Of a DNA stretch of 45,685 nt, positions 9,786 to 19,199 are shown piece after piece. The stretch is from Candidatus Krumholzibacteriia bacterium (GTDB lineage: Bacteria; Krumholzibacteriota; Krumholzibacteriia; WVZY01): NCBI GenBank assembly GCA_046754105.1, contig JBHHVD010000011.1, positions 1 through 45,685 of the forward strand, given 5' to 3'. The position numbers were made by a program, and so were the translations under genes. The notes under the pieces are model-generated. The model saw nothing but the letters and a program-made list of their open reading frames with translations, ran no database searches and was not told the origin of the DNA. Each line of letters opens with the position of its first letter. Position 1 is the stretch's first letter.

Positions 9786-10513
9786 GACACCTCCTGTTTT
9801 CGGACATACACGGCAACCTCGAAGCGCTGCAAGCCGTTCTGAAGAGCGCCGCCACGAAGGATATCGATTCCATGTGCTGCCTGGGTGACTTCGTCGGGTA
9901 CGGGGCGAATCCAAACGAGGTCGTTCATGCCGTCGCGGAGCTTCCGAATTGCGGTGCCGTCCTCGGTAACCATGATGCAGCCGTGATCGATAGTTCAGAG
10001 GGCGCTTTCTTCAATCCGGTTGCTCGTGCCGGCGTCATTTACAGCCAAGAGCACGTCGATGAGCAGGGCACTTCGTATCTAAAGGACCTCGGTCTCGTGA
10101 TCGATTCGAACGAGGACTTTCTCCTGGTTCACGCCTCACCCGCAGACCCCGGAGAGTGGATCTACGTCCTGGAGCCGCTGGAAGCCGCCGATGCCTTTCA
10201 CGCCATGAAACACCCGTTGGCCTTCATCGGGCACACCCATTTTCCCGCCGTGCACTCCGAAACGGGCTCGGTCTCCCCGTTCCGTCCTGGAGAACGCCTC
10301 AAGGTCTCGCCCGAGAAAAGACTGATCATCAATGTCGGCAGCGTCGGCCAACCCCGGGACGGGGACTGCCGGGCCGCCTACGTGGTCTACGATGACGAAT
10401 CGAAGAGCGTCGAGATGTTCCGCGTCGACTACGATATCGACACCGCGGCCCGGAAGATACTCGACGCCGGCCTGCCTCCCATGCTGGCGGACAGGATCCG
10501 CCGGGGTTATTGA
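9782..10513 (+). CDS. Calcineurin-like metallophosphoesterase (YfcE-like)
   Basis: SDIHGN, LGDFVGYG, GNHD, GHTH, NVGSVGQPRDGD. Confidence 0.9.
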   Translation: MRHLLFSDIHGNLEALQAVLKSAATKDIDSMCCLGDFVGYGANPNEVVHAVAELPNCGAVLGNHDAAVIDSSEGAFFNPVARAGVIYSQEHVDEQGTSYLKDLGLVIDSNEDFLLVHASPADPGEWIYVLEPLEAADAFHAMKHPLAFIGHTHFPAVHSETGSVSPFRPGERLKVSPEKRLIINVGSVGQPRDGDCRAAYVVYDDESKSVEMFRVDYDIDTAARKILDAGLPPMLADRIRRGY

Positions 10514-10524
10514 CACCTGGTTCG

Positions 10525-11283
10525 ATGCGTCGGTCTTCCGATAAGAAGCATTGGGACGACTTCTGGGCGGCCTCGCAAGAACTCGACGACGTCTACGGCA
10601 CCGATGATCGAATCCTGGACAACCTGCAGCAATACCTGAGTTTCGACGGCCTGCGCGTGCTCGAGGTGGGTGCCGGCACCGGCCGTGACACGGACGCGAT
10701 CGCGTCGCGCAACGCGACGGCGTACGCACTCGATTACAGCGAGGAGTCCCTGTCGTTGATGAAGAAGTCACTCCGGAACGAAGTGATGATCGCGTGCGGC
10801 GACGCACTCCGGCTGCCGTTTCGTGACGAGTCCTTCGACGTCGTCTTCCACCAGGGGCTATTGGAGCATTTCAGGCGTCCCGGCGACCTGCTCGACGAAA
10901 ACGTCAGGGTGCTCAAGAAAAACGGGATACTCCTGGTCGACGTGCCCCAGAGGTATCACTACTATACGGTGCTCAAGCACATCCTCATCGCGTGCGGCCG
11001 CTGGTTCGCCGGGTGGGAAAGAGAGTTCTCCGCCCGCGAGCTTCGCGGCCTGCTCGAAGAACGCGGAGTGCAAGTGCTGGGAACGTATGGACATAATCAA
11101 TTTCCCCCGATATGGTATCGGGGGCTGAGGCGGCTGTTCCTCAAGATCGGTCTCCGGCTGCCCATGTACCCGCGCGGGCCGCGCCTCGTGGCTGGCCTCG
11201 GGCGGCTGCTGAGGGCGCTGGCGCCCGCCGGCCTGCACGTGAACACAGCCATGATCGTCGGCTGCATTGCCCGGAAGAAGTAG
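10525..11283 (+). CDS. Class I SAM-dependent methyltransferase
   Basis: VLEVGAGTG, GDALRLPFRDESFDVV, GLLEHF, RVLKKNG. Start may be TTG 10510 or ATG 10525. Confidence 0.88.
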   Translation: MRRSSDKKHWDDFWAASQELDDVYGTDDRILDNLQQYLSFDGLRVLEVGAGTGRDTDAIASRNATAYALDYSEESLSLMKKSLRNEVMIACGDALRLPFRDESFDVVFHQGLLEHFRRPGDLLDENVRVLKKNGILLVDVPQRYHYYTVLKHILIACGRWFAGWEREFSARELRGLLEERGVQVLGTYGHNQFPPIWYRGLRRLFLKIGLRLPMYPRGPRLVAGLGRLLRALAPAGLHVNTAMIVGCIARKK

Positions 11284-11291
11284 GAGGAGTC

Positions 11292-12401
11292 TTGGCGAAA
11301 TTCCTCGCCGTCAACTGGCGGGACTTGAGGAACCCCGACGCCGGCGGTGCCGAGGTTCACCTGCACGAAATCCTGACGCGAATGGCGTCGAGAGGGCACG
11401 AGGTTACCCTGCTCGCCACGGGGTTTCCGGGTGGTGAAGCGGAGGACCGCTACGACGGGCTGCGGGTGATTCGCCGGGGCAGCTGGTACAACGCGAATTT
11501 CGTCCTTGCCTTGCACGCGCGCAGGTGGCTGGAACGCAATCCGGTCGACCTGGTAATAGAGGATATCAATAAGATCCCGTTTTTCCTGCCGGCGCTGGTC
11601 AAGACGCCGGTGCTTGCCGTGGTTCCACACCTGTTCGGCGCTACCGTTTTCCGTGAAACGAATTTTTTGTTCGCCGGCTACGTTTATCTATGGGAAAAGC
11701 TGATTCCCTGGGTCTACCGGAACTGCCGTTTTGCGGTTATCAGTCCCAGCACGAAGAGCGACTTGTTGGAGCGGGGAATCGACGAAGAGAATATCGACGT
11801 CGTCCTGTGCGGTCTGGACCACGACACCTACCGCCTCCTGGACGGTACCCGGAGGTACGAAGCGCCCACGATCATCCATTTCGGGAGAATGCGCAAGTAC
11901 AAGTCGATCGACGTGGTTATCGACGCCTTCGCGCGTATTCACGGCGAATTGCCCGAGGCGAGGTTGGTGATCGTGGGGGACGGGCCGGAGAGGGAGAACC
12001 TGGTCGGGGCGGCCCGGCGCCACCGGTTGGGCGCCTCGGTCGAGTTCACGGGTGCGGTTGCAACCGGGGAGCTGGTCAAATTGCTCAACCGCGCGCATCT
12101 GTTCCTCAACGCGAGTCCAAAGGAGGGATGGGGTTTGACCGTTGTCGAAGCGAACGCTTGCGGCCTTCCCGTGATAGCCAGCGACCGGCCCGGCCTGCGT
12201 GACTCAGTGCTTGACGGCAGGACCGGCTATCTGGTCGAGTATGGCGATGTCGAAGCGTTCGCCGCCAGATCGCTGGAACTCCTCGCGGACGCCGGCAAGT
12301 GGTCGCGCATGAGCGGCGAAGCGGCGGAATGGGCGCGGTCGCTGACCTGGGACAAGACGGCGGAGGAGATGGAAGAGATCTTCATGAAAGAAATGGAATA
12401 G
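11292..12401 (+). CDS. GT4 family glycosyltransferase
   Basis: NWRDLRNPDAGGAEVHLHE, GRMRKYK, KEGWGLTVVEANACGLPV (EX7E). TTG 11292 follows a strong AGGAGG RBS. Confidence 0.9.
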   Translation: MAKFLAVNWRDLRNPDAGGAEVHLHEILTRMASRGHEVTLLATGFPGGEAEDRYDGLRVIRRGSWYNANFVLALHARRWLERNPVDLVIEDINKIPFFLPALVKTPVLAVVPHLFGATVFRETNFLFAGYVYLWEKLIPWVYRNCRFAVISPSTKSDLLERGIDEENIDVVLCGLDHDTYRLLDGTRRYEAPTIIHFGRMRKYKSIDVVIDAFARIHGELPEARLVIVGDGPERENLVGAARRHRLGASVEFTGAVATGELVKLLNRAHLFLNASPKEGWGLTVVEANACGLPVIASDRPGLRDSVLDGRTGYLVEYGDVEAFAARSLELLADAGKWSRMSGEAAEWARSLTWDKTAEEMEEIFMKEME

Positions 12402-12417
12402 GTACAATAGAGACACG

Positions 12418-13410
12418 ATGAAGAATCGCCACTCGCTCATCCGGCTCGTCGTAAAGCTCGTGGTCAGCGCCGGCCTGCTCGGATTCCTGCTGGGCAAGAT
12501 CGACATCGCAGACATTCTGCTGCTGGTCGAGAAGCTGAATCGTCGCATCATCGCCGGCGCGATGGGGCTTTTCTTCGTGAGTAACGTGCTCGGCGCGCTG
12601 CAGTGGCACTTGCTTCTTGCCTCGAGCGGGGTTCGGTTGCCGTTCGGGCGGTCCTTCCGGTTCTATTTCGTCGGCCTGTTCTTCAACAATTTCCTGCCGG
12701 CGAATATCGGCGGCGACGCGGTAAAGGTCTACGACGTCACCCGCATCGGGAGCAGCGTCTATCAGGTCATCGCCGTAACCCTGCTCGACCGGTTGATCGG
12801 TATCTTCGGACTGTGCCTGCTCGCGTCGCTCGCCGGATGGGCGCTTCTCGGGTCGGCGCCCGATATCGGTCCCTTGTGGCTCTACCTCGTGATTTTTGCC
12901 GGATGTATGACCCCGGCCCTGGGGTTTTATTTCTTCGAGCCGCTCGGACGGTTCCTGCGGTGGATCATCGGGCTGGTGCGGCCGCTCTCGCTGGACAAGC
13001 GCGGGTCTGCGGTCCTCGATTACATGGGCCATTTCAAGTCGCGGCGGCTGCTGGTCCTTCGGTTGATCCTGCTCTCGCTCGTGATCCAGTCGCTGCGGGT
13101 GCTGACCCACGTGCTGGTGGCGGTCTCCCTTGGTATCGGGATAGACACGGCGACGGCGACGGCTTTTTTTGTCTTTGTCCCCCTGCTGAGCCTTGCTATG
13201 ATACCGCCCATAACTATCAACGGGTTAGGGGTGCGAGAAGGGTTGGGTATTCTCCTCTTCGCCCAGGCGGGTATCGGGAAGGCCGACGCGTTTACGCTCG
13301 AGTTCCTGACCTACCTCGTCTCCGTGGCCGTGAGCCTGCTCGGATTGCTGTTCTTTCTCTCGCGCCGGGGGGGGGACGGCAGCCCAAGAGCCGGTGACAA
13401 CACTATTTAG
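12418..13410 (+). CDS. Lysylphosphatidylglycerol-synthase TM-domain / AglD-type putative flippase
   Basis: Multi-TM protein with GLFFNNFLPANIGGDAVK, LLDRLIG and PITINGLGVREG motifs. Confidence 0.85.
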   Translation: MKNRHSLIRLVVKLVVSAGLLGFLLGKIDIADILLLVEKLNRRIIAGAMGLFFVSNVLGALQWHLLLASSGVRLPFGRSFRFYFVGLFFNNFLPANIGGDAVKVYDVTRIGSSVYQVIAVTLLDRLIGIFGLCLLASLAGWALLGSAPDIGPLWLYLVIFAGCMTPALGFYFFEPLGRFLRWIIGLVRPLSLDKRGSAVLDYMGHFKSRRLLVLRLILLSLVIQSLRVLTHVLVAVSLGIGIDTATATAFFVFVPLLSLAMIPPITINGLGVREGLGILLFAQAGIGKADAFTLEFLTYLVSVAVSLLGLLFFLSRRGGDGSPRAGDNTI

Positions 13411-13413
13411 CGG

Positions 13414-13442
13414 TTGAACGGCGGCGGGGTATGGGGTAGGTT
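13414..13442 (+). promoter_or_regulatory. Putative sigma70 promoter upstream of the DUF2723 gene
   Basis: TTGAAC (13414-13419), 17 bp, TAGGTT (13437-13442), in one of the few intergenic gaps. Confidence 0.4.
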
Positions 13443-13537
13443 GGGGACGGGCACGCCGCCGGCCGGGAACTCATTCGCGCCCCGGTCATAGAAATAGGGA
13501 ACCACCTCTATCTGGGAAACCGGTTTACGGTTCGATC

Positions 13538-16054
13538 ATGGCGAACGAAAACGGCAAAGGGCGGCCCGGCAGGGCCGACGGACCCCCGGCGGGCACGATC
13601 CAGCCGGACAAGCGTGGCCCCCTGTTGTTCAAAATCGGCGCCGCATTGACTTTTCTGGCGAGCCTCGTCGTCTTCATGAAGACCATGGCGCCGAGCGCGT
13701 CGTTCTGGGATTCCGGCGAGTTCATCGCGGCCTCCTACACGCTGGGCATCCCCCATTCACCCGGAACACCGCTCTACGTGCTGCTCGGCCGGGTCTTTAC
13801 CCTCATGCCGCTGCCGTTATCGGTCGCGGGCAAGGTGAATTTCATTTCGGTGGTCTCCGGCGCGGCGGGGGCGATGTTCGTCTACGTGCTCGTGGTTCGA
13901 TTCCTGGACCATGTCCTCGGCAGAAGCGCCACCCTCGGCGACTCGGTGGTGAAAATTGTTGCCGGGCTGGTGGGCGGGCTTTTCATCGCGTTCAGCCAGA
14001 CGTTCTGGACCAACGCCACCGAGGCGGAAGTCTATTCGCTGAGCGCGTTCTTGATGGGGTTCATGACGTGGCTGGGTCTGAAATGGGCGGATAATCCGAC
14101 CGGTGCCAAGTCCACGTCCTTCATCTACCTCCTGTTCTACCTGCTCGCGTTGAGCGTCGGTTTTCACCTGGGCACGATCCTGGCCTTTTCCGGAATATTC
14201 TTTCTGATACTCATGACGCGGGACAAGGGCTTCTCCAACTGGCAGTTTCTGCTCGCCTGTTTCGGGGTGGCGATACTAGTGGCCGATGCGACGCTCTACC
14301 GCGAGGGCGGCGTAACGCTGGCGTTGTTGATCGTGTTCGCACTGGCGCTGGCCTACACCAACCTGAGTTCCAGGTCCCGTTTCGCGGCGGTTTGCACGGG
14401 ACTGTTCATACTCGGTATTTCCGTCCATATCTATCTGTACATCCGTTCGGGACACAACCCGTTCATCGACGAGGCGGACCCGGAAACGTGGGACAACCTC
14501 TATGCCGTGCTGCGGCGCGAGCAGTATCCGCCGCCGAACGTTCTGGCCAGAAAAGCCAGCTTCGGTTTCCAGCTGCAGCACTTCAACGATTACTTTCAAA
14601 ACCAGTTCCAGATACTGTCGTTCTACATCGGCAAGCTGAACGCAGGGTCGGTAGTCCCCCTGGCGCTCGGCGTCTGGGGAATGGTCGATCATTACGCAAA
14701 GCACAAGAAGACGTTCATCATGCTCTTCGCGACCTTGATAGTGGTCAGCGTGGGAATGATCGTCTATCTCAATTTTTCGGACGCAGAGGTGCGTGAAAGG
14801 GATTACTTTTATTCGCCCGCCTTCTACTACTTCGCCGTTTTTATCGGCATCGGCGTCGGCAGCCTGCTCACCGAGTTGAAGAAGTTCGTCCGGCTGAGAC
14901 AATTGAGCGTCACGGCACCGGTGGCGATCGCATCGATGGTTTTTGTCGCCCTGCCGATTCTTACCGCGCGAAATCATGCACACACACACGATCGCTCGGA
15001 CGATTACGTGTGCCGGGAGTACGCGAAGAACATGCTCGTCGGGCTCGAACCGAACTCGGTGATTTTCACCAACGGCGACAACGACACGTTTCCGTTGTGG
15101 TACATACAGGAAGTGGAGAAGTACCGCACGGATGTCCGGGTGGTAAACCTCAGTCTCCTGAATACGCCGTGGTACCTGCGGCAGCTGCGCGACAACGAGC
15201 CGCGGCTGAGTATCCAGTGGACGGACGAGGAACTCGACCGCCTGCGGCCGATACGGACGGAGGACGGTTGGGTGCTGGTCCGTGACCAGGGCGTCTATCA
15301 CATCCTGCAAAACGTCTCGCGAAACCGTCCCATCTATTTTGCCGTCACCATCCCCCCTGACATCTACACACCGTACCGGGAGATCATCGAGATGGAAGGC
15401 CTGGCCTACCGCGTCGTGCCCAAGAAGGGTAAGAACATGATCAACGCGGCGAAGCTCGAGGACAATATCTGGAACAAGTTCAGCTGGCAGGGGCTGCTGG
15501 ACGAGAACTGGAAGCGGGACGAGTCCACCTACCAGCCGCCGTTCGTCCACCGCCTGGTGCAGAACTACGCGGCCGCCTTCACGCAGCTGGGGTTCATCAA
15601 GGGGCAGGATGATGATTGCGCAGGCGCCGTGAAGAACCTGGAAGTCGCCCAGGAAATATCGCCGAACCTCGATCCGGTGGCAAACTGGCTGGGATGGTAT
15701 TATCTCGAGTGTGGCGACACGGCGAAGGCGATCACGTACTACGATGAGCAGGTGGCACGCAGGCCCGAACGAGTGGATCTTCTGTACCGGCAGGCGGGTA
15801 TCTACGAGCGCATCGATGATCTGCCGAGTGCGATAAACGTCCTAGACCGCCTGATCCGCAGAGACCCGGATCACCGGGACGCAGTGCTCAGCATCGTGGG
15901 GATGCTGATGCGGTTCAACGAGACGCCGCGGGCGGTCAACTACGTCGAAAACTGGCTGGCGCGGCACCCCAACGACGACGCGCTGCGCAAGGCGCTGGAG
16001 AGCCTCAGGAACCCCGCCGCTCAAACGACGGAACCGGCGCCGGACGGGCGATAG
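13538..16054 (+). CDS. DUF2723 (TMEM260-like) multi-pass GT-C protein with C-terminal TPR repeats
   Basis: TMAPSASFWDSGEFIAASYTLGIPHSPGTPLY, FWTNATEAEVY, RERDYFY, IFTNGDNDTFPLWYIQEVE..RTDVRVVNLSLLNTPWY; TPR-like helices at the C-terminus. Confidence 0.88.
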   Translation: MANENGKGRPGRADGPPAGTIQPDKRGPLLFKIGAALTFLASLVVFMKTMAPSASFWDSGEFIAASYTLGIPHSPGTPLYVLLGRVFTLMPLPLSVAGKVNFISVVSGAAGAMFVYVLVVRFLDHVLGRSATLGDSVVKIVAGLVGGLFIAFSQTFWTNATEAEVYSLSAFLMGFMTWLGLKWADNPTGAKSTSFIYLLFYLLALSVGFHLGTILAFSGIFFLILMTRDKGFSNWQFLLACFGVAILVADATLYREGGVTLALLIVFALALAYTNLSSRSRFAAVCTGLFILGISVHIYLYIRSGHNPFIDEADPETWDNLYAVLRREQYPPPNVLARKASFGFQLQHFNDYFQNQFQILSFYIGKLNAGSVVPLALGVWGMVDHYAKHKKTFIMLFATLIVVSVGMIVYLNFSDAEVRERDYFYSPAFYYFAVFIGIGVGSLLTELKKFVRLRQLSVTAPVAIASMVFVALPILTARNHAHTHDRSDDYVCREYAKNMLVGLEPNSVIFTNGDNDTFPLWYIQEVEKYRTDVRVVNLSLLNTPWYLRQLRDNEPRLSIQWTDEELDRLRPIRTEDGWVLVRDQGVYHILQNVSRNRPIYFAVTIPPDIYTPYREIIEMEGLAYRVVPKKGKNMINAAKLEDNIWNKFSWQGLLDENWKRDESTYQPPFVHRLVQNYAAAFTQLGFIKGQDDDCAGAVKNLEVAQEISPNLDPVANWLGWYYLECGDTAKAITYYDEQVARRPERVDLLYRQAGIYERIDDLPSAINVLDRLIRRDPDHRDAVLSIVGMLMRFNETPRAVNYVENWLARHPNDDALRKALESLRNPAAQTTEPAPDGR

Positions 16055-16069
16055 CACGCGCGCAAGAAC

Positions 16070-17032
16070 ATGTCAGAGAAAGTAATTGTGACGGGCGCCG
16101 CTGGCTTCATCGGTTCGCATCTGTGCGAGGCGCTGCTCGACGACGGCCATGAGGTGGTCGGGATCGATTGCTTCACCTCGAACTACGACGTTCTCATCAA
16201 GAAACGCAATATTTCCGGTTTGCGGGGGAACGACCGATTCAAGCTGATCGAGGCGTCGCTGACCGACATGAACCTCGCCGCGGCGGTCGAAGACGCGGAC
16301 TACGTGTTTCACCAGGCGGCACAGCCCGGTGTTCGAGACAGCTGGCACGAGAGGTTCGACGAGTACGTGGACGCGAACATTCGCGCGACACATCGTCTGT
16401 GCGAGGCGTGCCGCGGCGGTGGCGTCAAGCGCTTCCTGTACGCCGGGTCCAGTTCGGTCTACGGGGAGACGGCGCAGCTGCCCATGGCGGAATCACACCC
16501 GACGAGACCGCTGTCGCCGTACGGCGTGACAAAACTCTCCGGCGAGGCGCTCTGCCTGCTGTACCGGCAGAACTACGGGTTGCCGGTGGTCTCGCTGAGA
16601 TACTTCACGGTTTTCGGGCCGAGGCAGCGGGCCGACATGGCGTTCCACAAGTTTATCAAAAACGCGCTCTGCGGCCGTCCGATCGAGATATATGGCAACG
16701 GCACGCAGACGCGGGATTTTACCTTCGTCTCTGATATAGTACGGGCCAATCTCCTCGCGATGACCTACGATGGTGCCGAGACCGTATTCAACATCGGAGG
16801 CGGATCGCGGATAACGTTGAACGGCGTCCTGGACGTCCTCCTGGACGCCCTGCCGGAGAAGTCGGAGGTGCGGTACGCCGACGCCGTCAAGGGGGACGTA
16901 AGCCACACCTACGCGGACATTTCGCTGGCCGCCGGTCAGCTCGGTTATGCGCCGAAGGCGAGCCTGGAGGAATCGATCCATCTGGAAGTCGAGTGGATCC
17001 GCTCGTTGCACGGCGCGGTCCCGGGTTATTGA
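16070..17032 (+). CDS. NAD-dependent nucleotide-sugar epimerase/dehydratase (extended SDR)
   Basis: TGAAGFIG, SSSVYG, YGVTK (YxxxK), LRYFTVFGPRQR, GNGTQTRDFTFV. Confidence 0.92.
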   Translation: MSEKVIVTGAAGFIGSHLCEALLDDGHEVVGIDCFTSNYDVLIKKRNISGLRGNDRFKLIEASLTDMNLAAAVEDADYVFHQAAQPGVRDSWHERFDEYVDANIRATHRLCEACRGGGVKRFLYAGSSSVYGETAQLPMAESHPTRPLSPYGVTKLSGEALCLLYRQNYGLPVVSLRYFTVFGPRQRADMAFHKFIKNALCGRPIEIYGNGTQTRDFTFVSDIVRANLLAMTYDGAETVFNIGGGSRITLNGVLDVLLDALPEKSEVRYADAVKGDVSHTYADISLAAGQLGYAPKASLEESIHLEVEWIRSLHGAVPGY

Positions 17033-17042
17033 GGAGTCGCCG

Positions 17043-18005
17043 ATGATTTCGGTCGTGATACCGTTGTACAACGAGGAAGGAAGCCTGCGCGAGCTGTTCG
17101 ACCGGCTGGAGGACGTCATGTCGGGTATCGGCGAAGAGTACGAATACGTGTTCGTCGACGACGGCAGCGTCGACAAGTCGCTTCTCATCCTGCGCGAACT
17201 CCACGAGCGATCTCCGCGAGTCAACGTCATCAGTTTCAGGCGGAACTACGGCAAATCTGCTGCCCTCTCTACCGCTTTCAGGGAGGTGAGGGGCGACTAC
17301 GTGGTCACCATCGACGCCGACCTGCAGGACGATCCAGACGAAATACCCGCCCTGCTCAAGAAGATCCGGGACGGTGCCGACCTCGTATCGGGGTGGAAGC
17401 AGGACCGTAGGGACCCATGGACGAAAACGATCCCGTCGAAGCTCTTCAACGGCGTGACGGCGCTCGTCAGCGGGCTCAAACTACATGACTTCAACTGCGG
17501 GCTGAAGGCCTACCGGACCGAGGTCGTGCAGGCGATCTCGATATACGGCGAACTGCACCGGTATGTTCCGGTTCTGGCCGGCTGGCAGGGGTTTCGGGTG
17601 GAGGAGCTTCGGGTTCGCCATTCCAAACGAAAATACGGAAAGAGCAAGTACGGGGGTGAGCGCTTTCTGAACGGATTCTTCGACCTTATCACCGTTATGT
17701 TCATCGCGCGCCGGGCCATGAGTCCCTTGCACTTCTTCGGACGTATCGCGTTTGTCCTCTTCGTGCTGGGTGGCATTCCACAGCTTTATTTCCTGGTGCG
17801 CTACGTCGGCGGCGCGGGTTTGCACGTCCGCCCGATCATGCTGGCCGGATTCGTCTTGATTATCGTTGCGCTTCAGATCGGATCGATCGGGCTGTTGGCG
17901 GAAATGATCTCGGCGAGGATCGGACAGGAAACGAGCTACGCGCTCAAGGCGCATCTCACCAGTGGCGCCAGGACCGGCGTGCTGGGGAGCAAGAACTCGG
18001 TATGA
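17043..18005 (+). CDS. GT2 glycosyltransferase, ArnC/GtrB-like polyprenyl-phosphate sugar transferase with 2 C-terminal TM helices
   Basis: MISVVIPLYNEE, VDDGSVD, RRNYGKSAAL, IDADLQDDP, HDFNCGLKAY, YGELHRY. GAGGAG RBS before ATG 17043. Confidence 0.9.
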   Translation: MISVVIPLYNEEGSLRELFDRLEDVMSGIGEEYEYVFVDDGSVDKSLLILRELHERSPRVNVISFRRNYGKSAALSTAFREVRGDYVVTIDADLQDDPDEIPALLKKIRDGADLVSGWKQDRRDPWTKTIPSKLFNGVTALVSGLKLHDFNCGLKAYRTEVVQAISIYGELHRYVPVLAGWQGFRVEELRVRHSKRKYGKSKYGGERFLNGFFDLITVMFIARRAMSPLHFFGRIAFVLFVLGGIPQLYFLVRYVGGAGLHVRPIMLAGFVLIIVALQIGSIGLLAEMISARIGQETSYALKAHLTSGARTGVLGSKNSV

Positions 18006-19126
18006 CGAACAAGGTGTGCCTGGTGGGCCCCGTGCATCCGTATCGGGGTGGAATCGCCCACTTCACCGGTTTGCTGGCGGCCGAGTTCGCACGCGACTGG
18101 CAGGTGCTGGTTGCGAGCTTTACGCGGCTCTATCCGTCGGTTTTTTTCCCCGGCAAGACCCAGTTCGACGACGGGGGTTCTCCCCCGGACGTCGAATCCG
18201 TGCGGGTGATCGATTCGATCAACCCGTTTACCTGGTGGCGGACGGCGCGGACGATCGCGCGCTTCGAGCCGGACCTCGTCGTCTTCACCTGGTGGCACCC
18301 GTTTTTTGCAGCCGCATACGCGACGATCACGTTTTTCGCGAAGCGAAGGCCACGTGCGCGAGTCGTTTTCCTGTGCCACAACGTTCTCCCGCACGAGTCC
18401 TCACCGCTGGACAGAATCCTGACCAGGTTGGGCTACGCGCAGGTAAACCACTTTCTCGTCCAGTCGCAGCAGGACAAGCGCGACCTGCTGAGACTGAAGC
18501 CGGGGGCGCGGGTCGCCGTGAGGCCGCATCCTGTCTACGACTTCTTCAACCGCGGCAGGTGCACGCGAGAGGATGCGCGAAAGCAGCTCGCCGTGGACGG
18601 ACGGGTCATTCTCTTCTTCGGACTCGTCCGGCCGTACAAGGGGCTGCGTCTCCTCATCGACGCGTTCGCCTCCGGCGTCCGGCAGCTGCAGACGACGCTT
18701 CTCATCGTCGGGGAATTCTACGAGGACAAGCAACCGCACCTCGACCGGATAAGAGAATTGAGTATCGAGAGCCACGTGCGCGTGGTCGACCGGTACGTTC
18801 CGGATGAGGAAGTGGAGACGTACTTTCGCGCGTGCGATCTCGTCGTTCTACCGTACCTCTCCGCGACCCAAAGCGGAATCACACAGATCGCCTACGGTTT
18901 CGACAAGCCGGTCATCGTTACGGCCGTTGGGGGGCTTCCGGACGTGGTGGAGGACGGGGTTACCGGTTTCGTCGTGCCTCCGCGCGACCCGGACGCGCTC
19001 GCTCGCGCCATCAGCCGGTTCTTTCTGGAAAACATGGGTGAGCCGATGCAACGCGGCGTCGCCGCGGCCAGGGCCCGCTTCTCGTGGGCCGCGTGCAAGG
19101 AAGCGCTGGTCGAGCTGAGTCGTTAG
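18002..19126 (+). CDS. GT4 family glycosyltransferase
   Basis: GPVHPYRGGIAHF, FFGLVRPYKGL, LPYLSATQSG, VGGLPDVVEDG. Confidence 0.9.
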   Translation: MTNKVCLVGPVHPYRGGIAHFTGLLAAEFARDWQVLVASFTRLYPSVFFPGKTQFDDGGSPPDVESVRVIDSINPFTWWRTARTIARFEPDLVVFTWWHPFFAAAYATITFFAKRRPRARVVFLCHNVLPHESSPLDRILTRLGYAQVNHFLVQSQQDKRDLLRLKPGARVAVRPHPVYDFFNRGRCTREDARKQLAVDGRVILFFGLVRPYKGLRLLIDAFASGVRQLQTTLLIVGEFYEDKQPHLDRIRELSIESHVRVVDRYVPDEEVETYFRACDLVVLPYLSATQSGITQIAYGFDKPVIVTAVGGLPDVVEDGVTGFVVPPRDPDALARAISRFFLENMGEPMQRGVAAARARFSWAACKEALVELSR

Positions 19127-19156
19127 GTCGCAGCGATGCCGGATTGGATTCCGGGA

Positions 19157-19186
19157 TTCACGGTGCACGGCGCGCCGTGTTATGAT
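19157..19186 (+). promoter_or_regulatory. Putative extended -10 promoter upstream of the YfhO-like gene
   Basis: TGtTATGAT (TG 19178-19179, TATGAT 19181-19186) with TTCACG 18 bp upstream. Confidence 0.45.
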
Positions 19187-19199
19187 TCGAGGGATAGCC

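Noticed and set aside
13367..13375. G9 tract near the 3' end of the flippase gene as a phase-variation switch
   Set aside because: It lies after the last TM helix, about 12 codons from the stop, so slippage would alter only the tail.
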